DNA of 64,000 nt from Bryobacterales bacterium (GCA_963708385.1 CAVPSN010000017.1:136825-200824); one strand, 5' to 3'. Shown: positions 45,714 through 56,382, counted from the stretch's first letter. The notes: a model not told the origin generated them from the sequence alone. Made by a program: numbers and translations.

Positions 45714-48700
45714 ATGCGACATCACCTACCTTCAGCGTTCAGCGCCGCCCTCTTCCTGGCTGCCGGTGCATTCGCCCAACCCGCCACCCTACACCTTCTG
45801 CAGAAGCCGGCGATGAACAAAGATCTGATCGTCTTCTCGTACGCCAGCGATCTCTGGAGCGTACCGCGCGTCGGCGGACTTGCCCAGCGTCTTACCAGCG
45901 GCCAAGGCTTCGAAAGCGACCCCGCGTTCTCGCCCGATGGTTCTACCATCGCGTTCAGCGGCGAATACGACGGCAATACCGATGTCTTCACCGTACCGGT
46001 TGCCGGCGGCATTCCCAAGCGCATCACCTACCATCCCGATGCCGACCGCGTCGCCGGCTGGACCCCCGACGGCAAACGCATTCTTTTCCGCTCCAATCGC
46101 CTCAGCCAATCGCGCTACACCCAGCTCTTCACCGTCGCCGCAGATGGAGGTCCGGCCGATGTCTTGCCGCTACCCATGGCCTGCATGGGCGCTTATTCGC
46201 CGGACGGCAAACGCATGGTCTACGCCCCGCTCGATGGCGGACAGTTCGCCCCCGGTTTCACCAACTTCGTGGCCTGGAAGCGGTATCGCGGCGGCGAAGC
46301 AAGTTACCTGTGGCTGGTCGATTTAGCCGGCCTGAACACCACCAAGCTGCCTCGCACCGATTCCAATGACATCTACCCCATGTGGATCGGCGACAAAATC
46401 TATTTCCTCTCTGATCGCGATGGCCCCATGACCCTTTTCGATTACGATCCCGCGTCGAAGCAGGTCAAGAAACTGATCCCCAACACCGGTAAAGACATCA
46501 TGTCCGCCAGCGCCGGGCCCGGCGGCATCGTCTATGAGCAGTTCGGACAGATTCATATCTACGATATTTCAAGCGGCAAGGAACACGCCGTGCCAGTTCA
46601 AATCGCGGCCGATCTCACCGAGGTCCGGCCCCGCTTCCAGAATGTCGCATCCCAAATTGTCAATGCCAGGATCTCCCCCACCGGCGCCCGCGCCGTCTTC
46701 GAGGCGCACGGCGAGATCGTCACCGCGCCCGCCGAAAAAGGAGATCTCCGCGATCTCACCAACACCCCCGGCGTCATGGAACGGACCCCCGCCTGGTCGC
46801 CCGATGGACGCTCTATCGCTTATTTCTCGGATGAATCCGGCGAATACGCCTTGCACATCAAGCCGCAGTCGGGTGAAGGCGATGCGCGCAAGATACCGCT
46901 CGCCGGTAAGTCGGCTTTCTACTTCAACCCGAAATGGTCGCCGGATAGTAAGTACATTGCGTTCAACGATAATCAACTCAATATATGGTCGCTCGAAATC
47001 GCATCCGGCAAACTGACTAAAGTCGATACCGATTACTTTCACGAATTGCAGCGCGATTTCTCCTGGTCGGGCGATTCCAAGTGGATAGCCTACGCGCGCT
47101 CCCTCCCCAATCGTCTCCACGCCATCTTCGTGTATTCGCTCGACGACGGCCAGACGCATCAGGTCACCGACGGCCTCAGCGACGCCCGCCATCCCGCCTT
47201 CGATCGCGACGGTCAGTATCTCTACTTCACGGCCAGCACCAACTTCGGTCCGACGTCGAGCGGTCTCGATATGACCAGCGATGAGCATGAAGTCACCAGC
47301 AACGCTTACCTCGCAGTTTTGCCCAAAGATTTGGCCTCGCCGCTCGCGCCTGAGAGCGACGAAGAAAAACCGGCTGGCGAAGCCGCTGCCGATGGCGCCG
47401 CGGCAGGAGGCAGCCGTGGCGGTAGGGGTGGACGCAGCGGCGCCAATGCGGCTCCCGAAGCGCCGCCCAAACCCGTCCACATCGATTTCGACAAGCTCGA
47501 GCAGCGTATTCTCGCTCTTCCGGTTCCCGCGCGCAATTACACTACGCTCGCTACCGGACGCGCCGGCGTCGTCTTTCTCGTCGAAGCCGGAACCGGCGGC
47601 GGTGGTGGCGGTCGAGGCGCGGGCGGCGGCGGAAGTACGCTCGTCCGGTTCGATCTCAAAACCCGCCGCTCCGAAAACCTTGCCACGGGCGTCGCCAGCT
47701 TCGATCTCTCCGCCAACGGAGATAAGATGCTGCTTCGTCTGGGTGGCGGCGGCGGAGGCCGCGGTGGGCGTGGCGCGGGAGCCGGCGCCGCAGCGGGTCC
47801 TCAATTCGCTATCGTCTCCTCATCGGCTCCGGTAAAGGCCGGCGAGGGCGCGCTCCACTTGACCGATGTCGAAGTGAAGGTCGATCCTGTCGCCGAGTGG
47901 AAGCAGATGTATCACGAGGTGTGGCGCATCGAGAAAAGTTACTTCTACGATCCGAACTTACACGGTGTCAATGTCGCCGATAACGAAAAAGCGTACGAGA
48001 AGTATCTCGATTCGCTTTCCTCGCGCAACGATCTCAACTATATCTTCCACGACATGCTGAGTGAGATGACAGTCGGTCACTTGCGCGGCGGTGGCGGTAA
48101 CATCCCCACCGCGCACGCCATTCCCGGTGGATTGCTCGGCGCCGATTTCGAAATCTCGAACAATCGCTACCGCATCAAGCGCATCTACACTGGCGAAAGT
48201 TGGAACCCGCAGTTGCAAGGCCCTCTCGCCGCGCCTGGCCTCAACGTGTCCGAGGGCGATTATCTGCTCGCCATCGGTGGGCAGGACCTTACCGCTGGCA
48301 CGGATATCTCTCAGTTGCTCGAGAATACGTCGGGCAAGCGCGTCACAGTACGCGTTGCCAAGGACGCAGCCGGCGCTGGCGCTCGCGAAATCACGGTGGT
48401 GCCCACCGGCAACGAACAACAGTTGCGCCATCAGGCGTGGGTGGAGGATAACCGCCGTAAGGTCGAGCAACTCAGCGGCGGCAAGTTGGCTTATGTTTAT
48501 ATGCCCGATACCGGCCAGGGCGGACTCACCAGCTTCACCCGTTATTACTTCGCGCAGACCGATAAGCAGGGCCTGGTGCTCGATGAGCGCTTCAATAGCG
48601 GCGGCCAGGTAGCCGACTATGTGATCGAAGTGCTTAACCGCGAATTACTCGGCTGGTGGAGCCCGCGTTACGGCGCCATTTACCGCTCCCCCGCGGCGGC

Positions 48701-49130
48701 CATTCTGGGCCCGAAGGTAATGGTGATCAACGAAATGGCTGGTTCGGGCGGCGATGCCATGCCCTGGATGTTCCACCACACGAAGACCGGAACGTTAGTC
48801 GGCAAGCGAACCTGGGGCGGCTTAGTCGGAATTGGAAGTTATCCTCCGCTTATGGATGGAGGAACGGTAACGTCGCCCGATTTCGGCTTCTTCAATCCTG
48901 ACAATCAGTGGGACGTCGAAAACAAAGGCGTCACCCCCGATATCGAAGTCGAAATGGATCCCAAAGCCGTCCACGATGGCCACGACCCCCAACTCGAACG
49001 GGCCGTTGCGGTCGCGCTCGAACAACTGAAGCAACATCCCGTTCCGCAGCCCACGCGCCCCGCATATCCGAACTATCAGCACCCAACCGGTACGGGCACG
49101 GCCGCTAATGGCGGAGGCCAAGTGCGATAG
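45714..49130 (+). CDS. Tricorn-protease-like S41 peptidase with an N-terminal beta-propeller, a PDZ domain, and Gly/Arg-rich low-complexity insertions.
   Basis: Signal peptide MRHHLPSAFSAALFLAAGAFAQ. WD40-like/TolB-like repeats. GSGGD catalytic Ser region. Intact over 3.4 kb. Confidence 0.75.
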   Translation: MRHHLPSAFSAALFLAAGAFAQPATLHLLQKPAMNKDLIVFSYASDLWSVPRVGGLAQRLTSGQGFESDPAFSPDGSTIAFSGEYDGNTDVFTVPVAGGIPKRITYHPDADRVAGWTPDGKRILFRSNRLSQSRYTQLFTVAADGGPADVLPLPMACMGAYSPDGKRMVYAPLDGGQFAPGFTNFVAWKRYRGGEASYLWLVDLAGLNTTKLPRTDSNDIYPMWIGDKIYFLSDRDGPMTLFDYDPASKQVKKLIPNTGKDIMSASAGPGGIVYEQFGQIHIYDISSGKEHAVPVQIAADLTEVRPRFQNVASQIVNARISPTGARAVFEAHGEIVTAPAEKGDLRDLTNTPGVMERTPAWSPDGRSIAYFSDESGEYALHIKPQSGEGDARKIPLAGKSAFYFNPKWSPDSKYIAFNDNQLNIWSLEIASGKLTKVDTDYFHELQRDFSWSGDSKWIAYARSLPNRLHAIFVYSLDDGQTHQVTDGLSDARHPAFDRDGQYLYFTASTNFGPTSSGLDMTSDEHEVTSNAYLAVLPKDLASPLAPESDEEKPAGEAAADGAAAGGSRGGRGGRSGANAAPEAPPKPVHIDFDKLEQRILALPVPARNYTTLATGRAGVVFLVEAGTGGGGGGRGAGGGGSTLVRFDLKTRRSENLATGVASFDLSANGDKMLLRLGGGGGGRGGRGAGAGAAAGPQFAIVSSSAPVKAGEGALHLTDVEVKVDPVAEWKQMYHEVWRIEKSYFYDPNLHGVNVADNEKAYEKYLDSLSSRNDLNYIFHDMLSEMTVGHLRGGGGNIPTAHAIPGGLLGADFEISNNRYRIKRIYTGESWNPQLQGPLAAPGLNVSEGDYLLAIGGQDLTAGTDISQLLENTSGKRVTVRVAKDAAGAGAREITVVPTGNEQQLRHQAWVEDNRRKVEQLSGGKLAYVYMPDTGQGGLTSFTRYYFAQTDKQGLVLDERFNSGGQVADYVIEVLNRELLGWWSPRYGAIYRSPAAAILGPKVMVINEMAGSGGDAMPWMFHHTKTGTLVGKRTWGGLVGIGSYPPLMDGGTVTSPDFGFFNPDNQWDVENKGVTPDIEVEMDPKAVHDGHDPQLERAVAVALEQLKQHPVPQPTRPAYPNYQHPTGTGTAANGGGQVR

Positions 49131-49164
49131 GCCTCCTGGCCTGTCGACGCGCCGAAGGCGCGGG

Positions 49165-49932
49165 CTAGCCGCTGACGAAGTTGCGCGCCCAATAAACCCG
49201 AGTCTCATACTCCATTACGATATGCCCCTCCAGCGCATAGGCCCGAAACACCCGCCGCAGCTCCGCCATCATCGCCGCATACCGCTCATCCCCCGGCAGC
49301 GGCGATCGCGAACACGATTCCACGCGCCGCAGCAGCGTCTCTTCATTCAACGGCAGCGGGTTTGGAATCGTAGCCATTCTCCACTCCCCATGCCCGAAGA
49401 ACGCATCGAACTCCGCCTCGCCAGGATGCGGCCGCTCCACGGCAAACCGGTTCTGCACAACATCATAATCGGCCATGAATCCGGGCGTATGCCGTCTCTC
49501 ATTCCAAGCCAGAACCACCCACCCGTCTGGCCGCAAAATCCGCCGAAATTCCGCTCGCGTGCCTTCTGGCTCGAACCAATGAAATGCCTGCCCCGCCGTC
49601 GCCAAATCGAACTCGCCGCTTGCAAGTCCGGTGGCTTCCGCACGCCCATCTACGCTACGGAATCGCGGCTCGCCGCGAAGTTCGCGTTCCCCGGCCGCGC
49701 GCATCTCGACGTTTGGCTCCACGCCAAACACCTCGCAACCGAAGCCGAGAAACAGCCGCGCCAGCAGACCGGTCCCGCTGCCGATATCCGCCACGCGCCA
49801 CGTGGGCTTCAGCCCGCACTCGCGCTCCAGGAGCGCCAGTATCTCGCGCGGATATCCGGGCCGCGCTCGCGCGTACGCTTCTGCCCGCGAAGAAAACCGC
49901 TCGGTTGGCGCCAGATCCATATCCTCGATCAT
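49165..49932 (-). CDS. Class I SAM-dependent methyltransferase.
   Basis: VADIGSGTGLLARLF motif I. Confidence 0.7.
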   Translation of the reverse strand: MIEDMDLAPTERFSSRAEAYARARPGYPREILALLERECGLKPTWRVADIGSGTGLLARLFLGFGCEVFGVEPNVEMRAAGERELRGEPRFRSVDGRAEATGLASGEFDLATAGQAFHWFEPEGTRAEFRRILRPDGWVVLAWNERRHTPGFMADYDVVQNRFAVERPHPGEAEFDAFFGHGEWRMATIPNPLPLNEETLLRRVESCSRSPLPGDERYAAMMAELRRVFRAYALEGHIVMEYETRVYWARNFVSG

Positions 49933-49946
49933 AAGGGAATCCCGTC

Positions 49947-50885
49947 ATGACTCGGCAACCTCACGTAGCAGTGGTTGGCAGCGCCAACATCGATCTCACC
50001 ACCTTCACCGACCAATTCCCCCGCCCGGGCGAAACCATTTTCGGCCGCGCTTTTAAGCTCGGCTTCGGCGGCAAAGGCGCGAACCAGGCCGTCGCCGCGG
50101 CGCTCTGTGGGGCCGACGTCTCCATGGTGGCGCGCGTTGGTGACGATCTCTTCGGCCCCGCCACCGTGGAGAACTTCCGCTCCAAAGGTATCGGCGCCAG
50201 CCACGTTTTGATCACCAAGGGCCAGTCGAGCGGCGTCGCGCCCATCTTCGTTGATAGCGCGGGCCAGAACCGGATCCTGGTCGTCAAAGGCGCCAACGAC
50301 GCGCTCACCCCAGCCGATATCGACAATGCCTCGGACCTGCTGATCTCTGCCGATTGCATCGTGCTCCAGCTCGAAGTGCCGGTCGAAACCGTATACTACG
50401 CGCTCCGGTTTGCGCGCGACAGCGGCGTTCGCACCATCCTTAACCCCGCTCCTGGTCAGAAGCTCGACCTGCGCCAGGCCGCGCTTGCCGATTATCTGAT
50501 CCCCAATGAGACCGAAGCCGAAGCACTTACCGGATTGCCCGTGACAAATCTGGACGAAGCGCACATCTGCGCGCGCCATCTGATCGGCGAGGGATTCCGC
50601 AACGTCGTGATCACACTGGGCTCGAATGGCGCGCTGGCCGCAAACGCGGCGGGCGAAGAGCACATCCCGCCACACCCGGTCGAACCCGTCGATACCACCG
50701 GCGCGGGCGATGCCTTCATCGGCGCCTTCGCTTACTTCCTGGCCGGTGGCCGCGCGGAAAGCGAGGCCATCGCGCGCGCCAATGTCTATGCCGCTCTATC
50801 CACCTTAAGCGTCGGCACGCAGATGTCGTTCGCTACGAAGAAGCAGTTTGAGTCTGCGTGGGCCGCGGCTGCAGGACGCCGTTGA
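49947..50885 (+). CDS. PfkB-family sugar kinase (ribokinase/2-keto-3-deoxygluconate-kinase-like).
   Basis: VVGSANIDL and DTTGAGDAFIGAF motifs. Confidence 0.75.
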   Translation: MTRQPHVAVVGSANIDLTTFTDQFPRPGETIFGRAFKLGFGGKGANQAVAAALCGADVSMVARVGDDLFGPATVENFRSKGIGASHVLITKGQSSGVAPIFVDSAGQNRILVVKGANDALTPADIDNASDLLISADCIVLQLEVPVETVYYALRFARDSGVRTILNPAPGQKLDLRQAALADYLIPNETEAEALTGLPVTNLDEAHICARHLIGEGFRNVVITLGSNGALAANAAGEEHIPPHPVEPVDTTGAGDAFIGAFAYFLAGGRAESEAIARANVYAALSTLSVGTQMSFATKKQFESAWAAAAGRR

Positions 50886-52434
50886 CCAGACGCGCGATTC
50901 CCGCCGGGTTGCCGTCGCGCAGTTCTTCGGGTAATATCGCGGCTGGCGCATCCTGATAACAGACCGCGCGCACAAAGCGATCGACGGCGCGGCCGCCTAC
51001 TGAAGTGCTGCGCCCGTCCGAAGTGGATGGATATGGTCCGCCGTGCACCATCGCCTGGCACACTTCCACGCCGGTGGGGTAACCGTTGAAAACGATGCGT
51101 CCCACCCGCGTTTCAAGCGCCGCGATTAACTTCGCGCAATCGGCCTCGTCGCCGGGTGCGTGATGGATGGTCGCCGTCAGGTTGCCTTCCATCGTGTGCG
51201 CCAGCTGGAGCGCCTGCTCGATGCCCTTGTATCGCACCAGGATCGAGGCCGGCCCGAACATCTCTTCGGAGAGTTCCGGCGTCTTGAAAAACGTCTCCGC
51301 GTCGGCTTCGAAGAGCGCGGCCGAAGCGCGGTTAGCGACAGCGTCGGCGACCGCGACGGCTCGTACGTGCGAATCGCTCATCCGCGCGGCGACCACCTTG
51401 GCGTAGCTGCCCAGGATGTGCGAATTCAACATTGCGGCTGGCGCGGTGGCGCGAAGCTTTTCGCCCAGTTCCGTGGTCAGCGCATCGCCGTTCGCGCCCG
51501 CGGGCGCGGCTACGATTCCAGGGTTAGTACAGAATTGGCCCACGCCGAGCGTGATGGAAGCGGACAGGCCGGCAGCGATCTGCGCGCCCCGATGTTCGAG
51601 AGCGTGAGGAAGAATGAAGACCGGGTTGATGCTGCTCATCTCGGCATAAAACGGGATAGGCTCGGGGCGCGATTGCGCGATCTCGAGCAGCTTCAATCCG
51701 CCGGCGCGCGAGCCCGTAAACCCACCGGCCTTAATGGCCGGATGCGCCACCAATGCCTGCGCGATCTCATGGCCGCTGGTAAAGAGAAGGGAGAAGATGC
51801 CTTCGGGCATGCCGGTCTGCTCGGCGGCGTCGCGAATCGCCGTGCCGCACATCTCGGCTGTCCCTAAATGAGACGAATGAGCCTTCACAATCACGGGACA
51901 TCCCGCGGCCAATGCGGATGCGGTGTCGCCGCCGGCCACCGAAAACGCCAGCGGAAAATTGCTGGCGCAGAAGACCGCCACCGGTCCAAGCGGACGCAGC
52001 ATCGAACGGAGATCGGAGCGTGGAAGAGGCTTACGATCCGGGTCGGCGAGGTCCAGCCGCGCGTCAACCCAGGAACCCTCCTCCGCTATGCCGGCGAAGA
52101 AGCGCAACTGTCCGCAGGTGCGCCCGAGTTCGCCGCGCACGCGTCCCTCGGGTAGCGCGGATTCCGCCATCACGCGGTGAATCAATGCATCGCCGAGACC
52201 TTCGAGATTGCTCGCGATCTGCCGCAGAAAGCTCGCCCGTTTGCCGCGAGCCAGTGCTCGATATTCCGGAAACGCGGCGGCCGCCAATTGCGCGGCGTTT
52301 TCCAGGTCCGCGGCGGTCGCGCCGTGAAACCCCGGTTCCAACGGCTCGCCGCTGGCGGCGTCCACTGCATGAAACGGTTTGCCAGACGCGGCGGCTCGGC
52401 CGCGTCCAATGATCGATGTGCCTTTAAGGTTCAT
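50833..52434 (-). CDS. NAD(P)-dependent aldehyde dehydrogenase of the alpha-ketoglutarate-semialdehyde (2,5-dioxovalerate) dehydrogenase type.
   Basis: N-terminus MNLKGTSIIG... The catalytic Cys lies in VGQFCTNPG. The 3' end overlaps the convergent kinase gene by about 50 bp. Confidence 0.7.
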   Translation of the reverse strand: MNLKGTSIIGRGRAAASGKPFHAVDAASGEPLEPGFHGATAADLENAAQLAAAAFPEYRALARGKRASFLRQIASNLEGLGDALIHRVMAESALPEGRVRGELGRTCGQLRFFAGIAEEGSWVDARLDLADPDRKPLPRSDLRSMLRPLGPVAVFCASNFPLAFSVAGGDTASALAAGCPVIVKAHSSHLGTAEMCGTAIRDAAEQTGMPEGIFSLLFTSGHEIAQALVAHPAIKAGGFTGSRAGGLKLLEIAQSRPEPIPFYAEMSSINPVFILPHALEHRGAQIAAGLSASITLGVGQFCTNPGIVAAPAGANGDALTTELGEKLRATAPAAMLNSHILGSYAKVVAARMSDSHVRAVAVADAVANRASAALFEADAETFFKTPELSEEMFGPASILVRYKGIEQALQLAHTMEGNLTATIHHAPGDEADCAKLIAALETRVGRIVFNGYPTGVEVCQAMVHGGPYPSTSDGRSTSVGGRAVDRFVRAVCYQDAPAAILPEELRDGNPAGIARLVNGVLQPRPTQTQTASS

Positions 52435-52439
52435 GGGAT

Positions 52440-53889
52440 TATGATGACAATACTCGGAACGTCTATGAAATTCATCTTCGCACAGCTTGCCACTATTACC
52501 CTCATTGCGCTCCCCGCCGCCGCGCAACCCGTCTTCACCAATGTCTTCCCGCCCGATGAGTACGCCATGCGGCGCGCAAAGGTGATGGATAAGATCGGTG
52601 ACGCGGTGGCGATCATGCAGGGCACCACCGAACGTCCCGGCGAGCAACCACTACGCCAGAGCAACCAATTCTTCTACGTCAGCGGCGTGGTGGAACCGCG
52701 CGCGCTGCTGGTCATCGACGGGCGCACAAAGAAATCGACGCTTTTCCTCAACCCGCGCAACGAAACCCGCGAGAAGCGGATGTTCGGCCCCGGTCTTTAT
52801 CCCGGTGACGAAGCAGTCAAAGAGACCGGCATTGAAGCGGTACTGCCGCGCGACGATTTCAAAGGCATGCTAGAACAATTCGGCCGCGACAAGCGCGTAA
52901 TCTACACGCCGTTCCGCCCCGAAGTGCTCGGCTCGGCTTCGTCCAGCGATCCCGTGACGCTCGCGCGCAATACCAAAAACGATCCCTGGGACGGCCGCAT
53001 CTCGCGCGAAGAGCAGTTTCGCGCGAAGTTGAAAGAGTTCGCGCCCGATTCCGAAATCAAAGACCTCGACCCGATCCTTGATAATCTCCGCGGCACAAAG
53101 GACGCTCGCGAGATCGCGATTCTGCGCGAGGCCACGCGCATCGCGGGGCAGGGAATCATGGAGGCCATGCGCGACGCTCGCCCCGGCATGTTCGAATACG
53201 AGCTACAGGCCGATTGCGAGTTCGTTTTCAAGAAGTTCGGCTCTTACGGGGCCGCTTACTTCGCCCTCATCGCCACCGGCCCGAACACTTACTACTCGCA
53301 CTATCACAAAGACACGGCAAAGCTCCAGGATGGCGACTTAGTCCAGCTCGATTACGCTCCGGATTACAAGAACTATACGTCCGATGTAACCCGCGTCTTT
53401 CCCGCCAATGGCAAATTTACTCCGCGCCAGAGAGAGTTCTACGGCATCTATCTCAAGCTCTACCAGGCGTTAATGACCTCGATCGAAGTTCACAAGACGC
53501 CGGCCGAGATTGTGAAGAACGCCGTGGTGAAGATGGACAACATTATGGGCAGTTATCACTTCACAGACGACAAGATCAAAACGGCCGCTACTAACTTCGT
53601 CGAAAACTATCGGAAGTTCCGGCCCGCCGGAACCCTAGGACACACGGTCGGAATGGAAGTCCATGACGTTCGCTACCCCACGCCTACGCTCGAGCCTGGC
53701 TACGTCTTCACCATCGAACCGGCCATGCAGATTCAGGATGAGCACGTGGGCATCCGGTTGGAAGATATGTTGCTGATTACCGAAAGCGGATACGAGAATC
53801 TCTCCGCGTTCGTGCCCGTCGAGATCGCGGATATCGAAAAATTGATGGCGAAGCATCGCGGCCTGAGCGATGCCATGGGCGGCCACTAA
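52440..53889 (+). CDS. Secreted M24-family Xaa-Pro aminopeptidase or prolidase (creatinase-N plus pita-bread domain).
   Basis: Signal peptide. Metal-ligand pattern (DGDLVQLDYA...H...E...E). The start may instead be the ATG at 52467. Confidence 0.7.
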
Positions 53890-53891
53890 AC

Positions 53892-54950
53892 ATGCGATTT
53901 TCCAACATGATCACCGCCGTGGACGCCCACGCGTGCGGCGAACCCGGCCGCGTCATCACCGGCGGCGTGCTCAATCCGTCCGGCGCCACCATGTTCGAGA
54001 AGATGAAGTATTTCGAACGCCACGCCGACCACATCCGTCTGCGCATGTTGCGCGAGCCGCGCGGCTATCCGGCCGCCAACTGCAATATAATCCTGCCTCC
54101 CACGCATCCCGAAGCGGACGCCGGCTTCGTGATCATGGAGCAGGTCGAGTATCCGCCCATGTCCGGCACCAACACCATCTGCGTGGTCACCGTGCTCATT
54201 GAAACTGGCATGGTTCCTGTTGTCGAGCCGCTGACAAAGCTGAAGCTCGATACGCCCGCAGGGTTGATCTCGGTCGAAGCTGAGGTCTGCAATGGCAAAG
54301 TCAGGAAGGTCACCTTTCGCAACGTCCCCGCCTTCGCTGCGCATCTCGATGCACCCGTGGAGGTGCAGGGTTTGGGTACGGTGACGGTGGATGTGGCCTA
54401 CGGCGGGATGTTCTACGTCATTGCCGACGCCGCTCCGCTCGGGTTTCGACTCTCGCCCGACGAAGCCCGCGATATTGTCCGCGCTGCCGAGATGATCAAG
54501 GCCGCGGCGCGCGAGCAGTTACCCGTGTCGCATCCCGAGAACCCTGAAATCGCCGGCGTTACCATCGCGCAACTTTCCGGCGAGCCATCGACGCCAGGAG
54601 CGCATCGCAAAAACACGGTCGTCGTTTCGACCGGCACGCTCGATTGGTCGCGCCCCGCCTCATGGACGGGCGCGCTGGACCGCTCGCCCTGCGGCACCGG
54701 AACCTGCGCCAAAATGGCAGCGCTTCACGCCAAAGGCAAGCTGCCGCTTCACCAGGATTTCGTACACGAAGGCATCCTGGGAACGACGTTCACTGGCCGG
54801 CTGATCGAAGAAACTCGCGTGGGCCCCTACGCGGCAGTTGTGCCGACTCTCTCCGGACAGGCTTGGATCACCGGTTTCGCGAATTATGTGGTGGATCCCG
54901 AAGATCCATTCCCGAACGGATTCACCGTGGGAGACATCTGGGCTTCGTGA
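53892..54950 (+). CDS. Proline-racemase-family enzyme (4-hydroxyproline 2-epimerase-like).
   Basis: DRSPCGTGT second-site motif. First-site region MSGTNTIC. Confidence 0.7.
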   Translation: MRFSNMITAVDAHACGEPGRVITGGVLNPSGATMFEKMKYFERHADHIRLRMLREPRGYPAANCNIILPPTHPEADAGFVIMEQVEYPPMSGTNTICVVTVLIETGMVPVVEPLTKLKLDTPAGLISVEAEVCNGKVRKVTFRNVPAFAAHLDAPVEVQGLGTVTVDVAYGGMFYVIADAAPLGFRLSPDEARDIVRAAEMIKAAAREQLPVSHPENPEIAGVTIAQLSGEPSTPGAHRKNTVVVSTGTLDWSRPASWTGALDRSPCGTGTCAKMAALHAKGKLPLHQDFVHEGILGTTFTGRLIEETRVGPYAAVVPTLSGQAWITGFANYVVDPEDPFPNGFTVGDIWAS

Positions 54951-55057
54951 AACTCCGCCGCGAACCATCGCCGCCGGCACTCAACAACGTAGCCCAATAA
55001 TTTGACACACGCCTGTTCGAGAGAGTACGCTCTCAGGCGACCTTGTGAGGATTGGTT

Positions 55058-55765
55058 ATGCGTATCTCGCTGCTGATGTTGATGGCACTTTTTTCGATCT
55101 CCGCTTTTGCTGACCCAATAATGGGCGGCCCGTGTGTGGATGGAACCGCAGCCCAATATTTCGCGTTAGGGCTCGCCGGCTGCAACGCAACTGTCGGCCC
55201 ATACACGCTCAATGTGGAATTGGCCGGAACCGGATCAGGAACCAATACCCCGGGGGCGAGTTACCCGAGTGACCTTACGGACATCACGATTCATCCGTCC
55301 TTCGCGTTATTGCCGGATGGGTTCAGCGAGGATTTCCAGCTCTCGTTCGTATCGGGGTCATGGATGGGAATTGTCGGCCAAAGCCTTGGGTTCAGCGCGT
55401 CCTTTATAACGCAAGTGAACCAGCCGGTCACGATGATTCTAAATCAGGTAACGACCGCCGAATCCGGTGATGTCACCGCTGGAATTTGTCCCGGCGTTTA
55501 CATCTTCGCGTCGCTCTGTAGCACCGAGTATTCCACTACCTCGGCTGGGAATTCCGCGACCGCGGTCGCCGCCCCAGCCAACGCACTCACCCTCTTCGGT
55601 GTGCGTGGCGAGTTCGACGGCTCATTATCCGATGGAAGCTTCAACGGACTATCGATTCACGCGGACGCTACCGTTCCTGAACCTCGCATCTCGCTAGTGA
55701 CCGCTCTCAGTTTATTGACGTTGCTTTCCGGTGTAATGAGAGGGAGGCGCTCCGCTAAATTGTGA
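55058..55765 (+). CDS. PEP-CTERM sorting-signal protein (exosortase substrate).
   Basis: Signal peptide. C-terminus VPEP-RISLVTALSLLTLLSGVM-RGRRSAKL. Confidence 0.7.
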   Translation: MRISLLMLMALFSISAFADPIMGGPCVDGTAAQYFALGLAGCNATVGPYTLNVELAGTGSGTNTPGASYPSDLTDITIHPSFALLPDGFSEDFQLSFVSGSWMGIVGQSLGFSASFITQVNQPVTMILNQVTTAESGDVTAGICPGVYIFASLCSTEYSTTSAGNSATAVAAPANALTLFGVRGEFDGSLSDGSFNGLSIHADATVPEPRISLVTALSLLTLLSGVMRGRRSAKL

Positions 55766-55806
55766 CTCCCGTCCGCCAGCGCATCACCTCAAGTAAGATA
55801 GCTGCG

Positions 55807-56382
55807 ATGAGCGTGACTCAGTGGCTGAAACTCTACTGGGTGGGAGCTTCGCTCTGCATGGGCCTCTTGCTGTTGACGCTGGCGCCCATTTTCGATCTGC
55901 GTGGCGACCTCTTTCTCCTGCTCGTATATCTGCACACGCCGGTCTACATGCTGCACCAGGTTGAAGAACACACTGGCGACCGTTTCCGCGAATTCGTCAA
56001 CCGGCGCATGTTTCACGGGGTAGAGGTTCTCAGCAGCACAGCCGTATTGGTGATTAATCTGCCAGGAGTCTGGGGAGTCACTATCCTCTCGTTGTACGCG
56101 GCTGTGTACATCGCCCCTGGCTGGGGATTGCCGGCGGTGTACCTGGTTGCGGTGAACGCGCTGATTCACGTTGCCGGCGCCGCGGCCTCTCGCGCCTATA
56201 ATCCCGGCCTCTGGACCGCGATCGCGCTATTTCTGCCGCTGTCGGCGCTCTCCCTCTGGCAATCCGGCTTGAATCCCTCGATCGATTGGCGCTATCACGC
56301 GTTCGGCCTCGCTCTCGCGCTCGTGATTCACGCCGCGATTATCGTTTATGTGAAAGCGCGTGCCCGCTCGCTTGGAGCCTGA
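55807..56382 (+). CDS. HXXEE-domain integral membrane protein.
   Basis: HQVEEH motif plus five or six TM segments. Confidence 0.6.
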   Translation: MSVTQWLKLYWVGASLCMGLLLLTLAPIFDLRGDLFLLLVYLHTPVYMLHQVEEHTGDRFREFVNRRMFHGVEVLSSTAVLVINLPGVWGVTILSLYAAVYIAPGWGLPAVYLVAVNALIHVAGAAASRAYNPGLWTAIALFLPLSALSLWQSGLNPSIDWRYHAFGLALALVIHAAIIVYVKARARSLGA

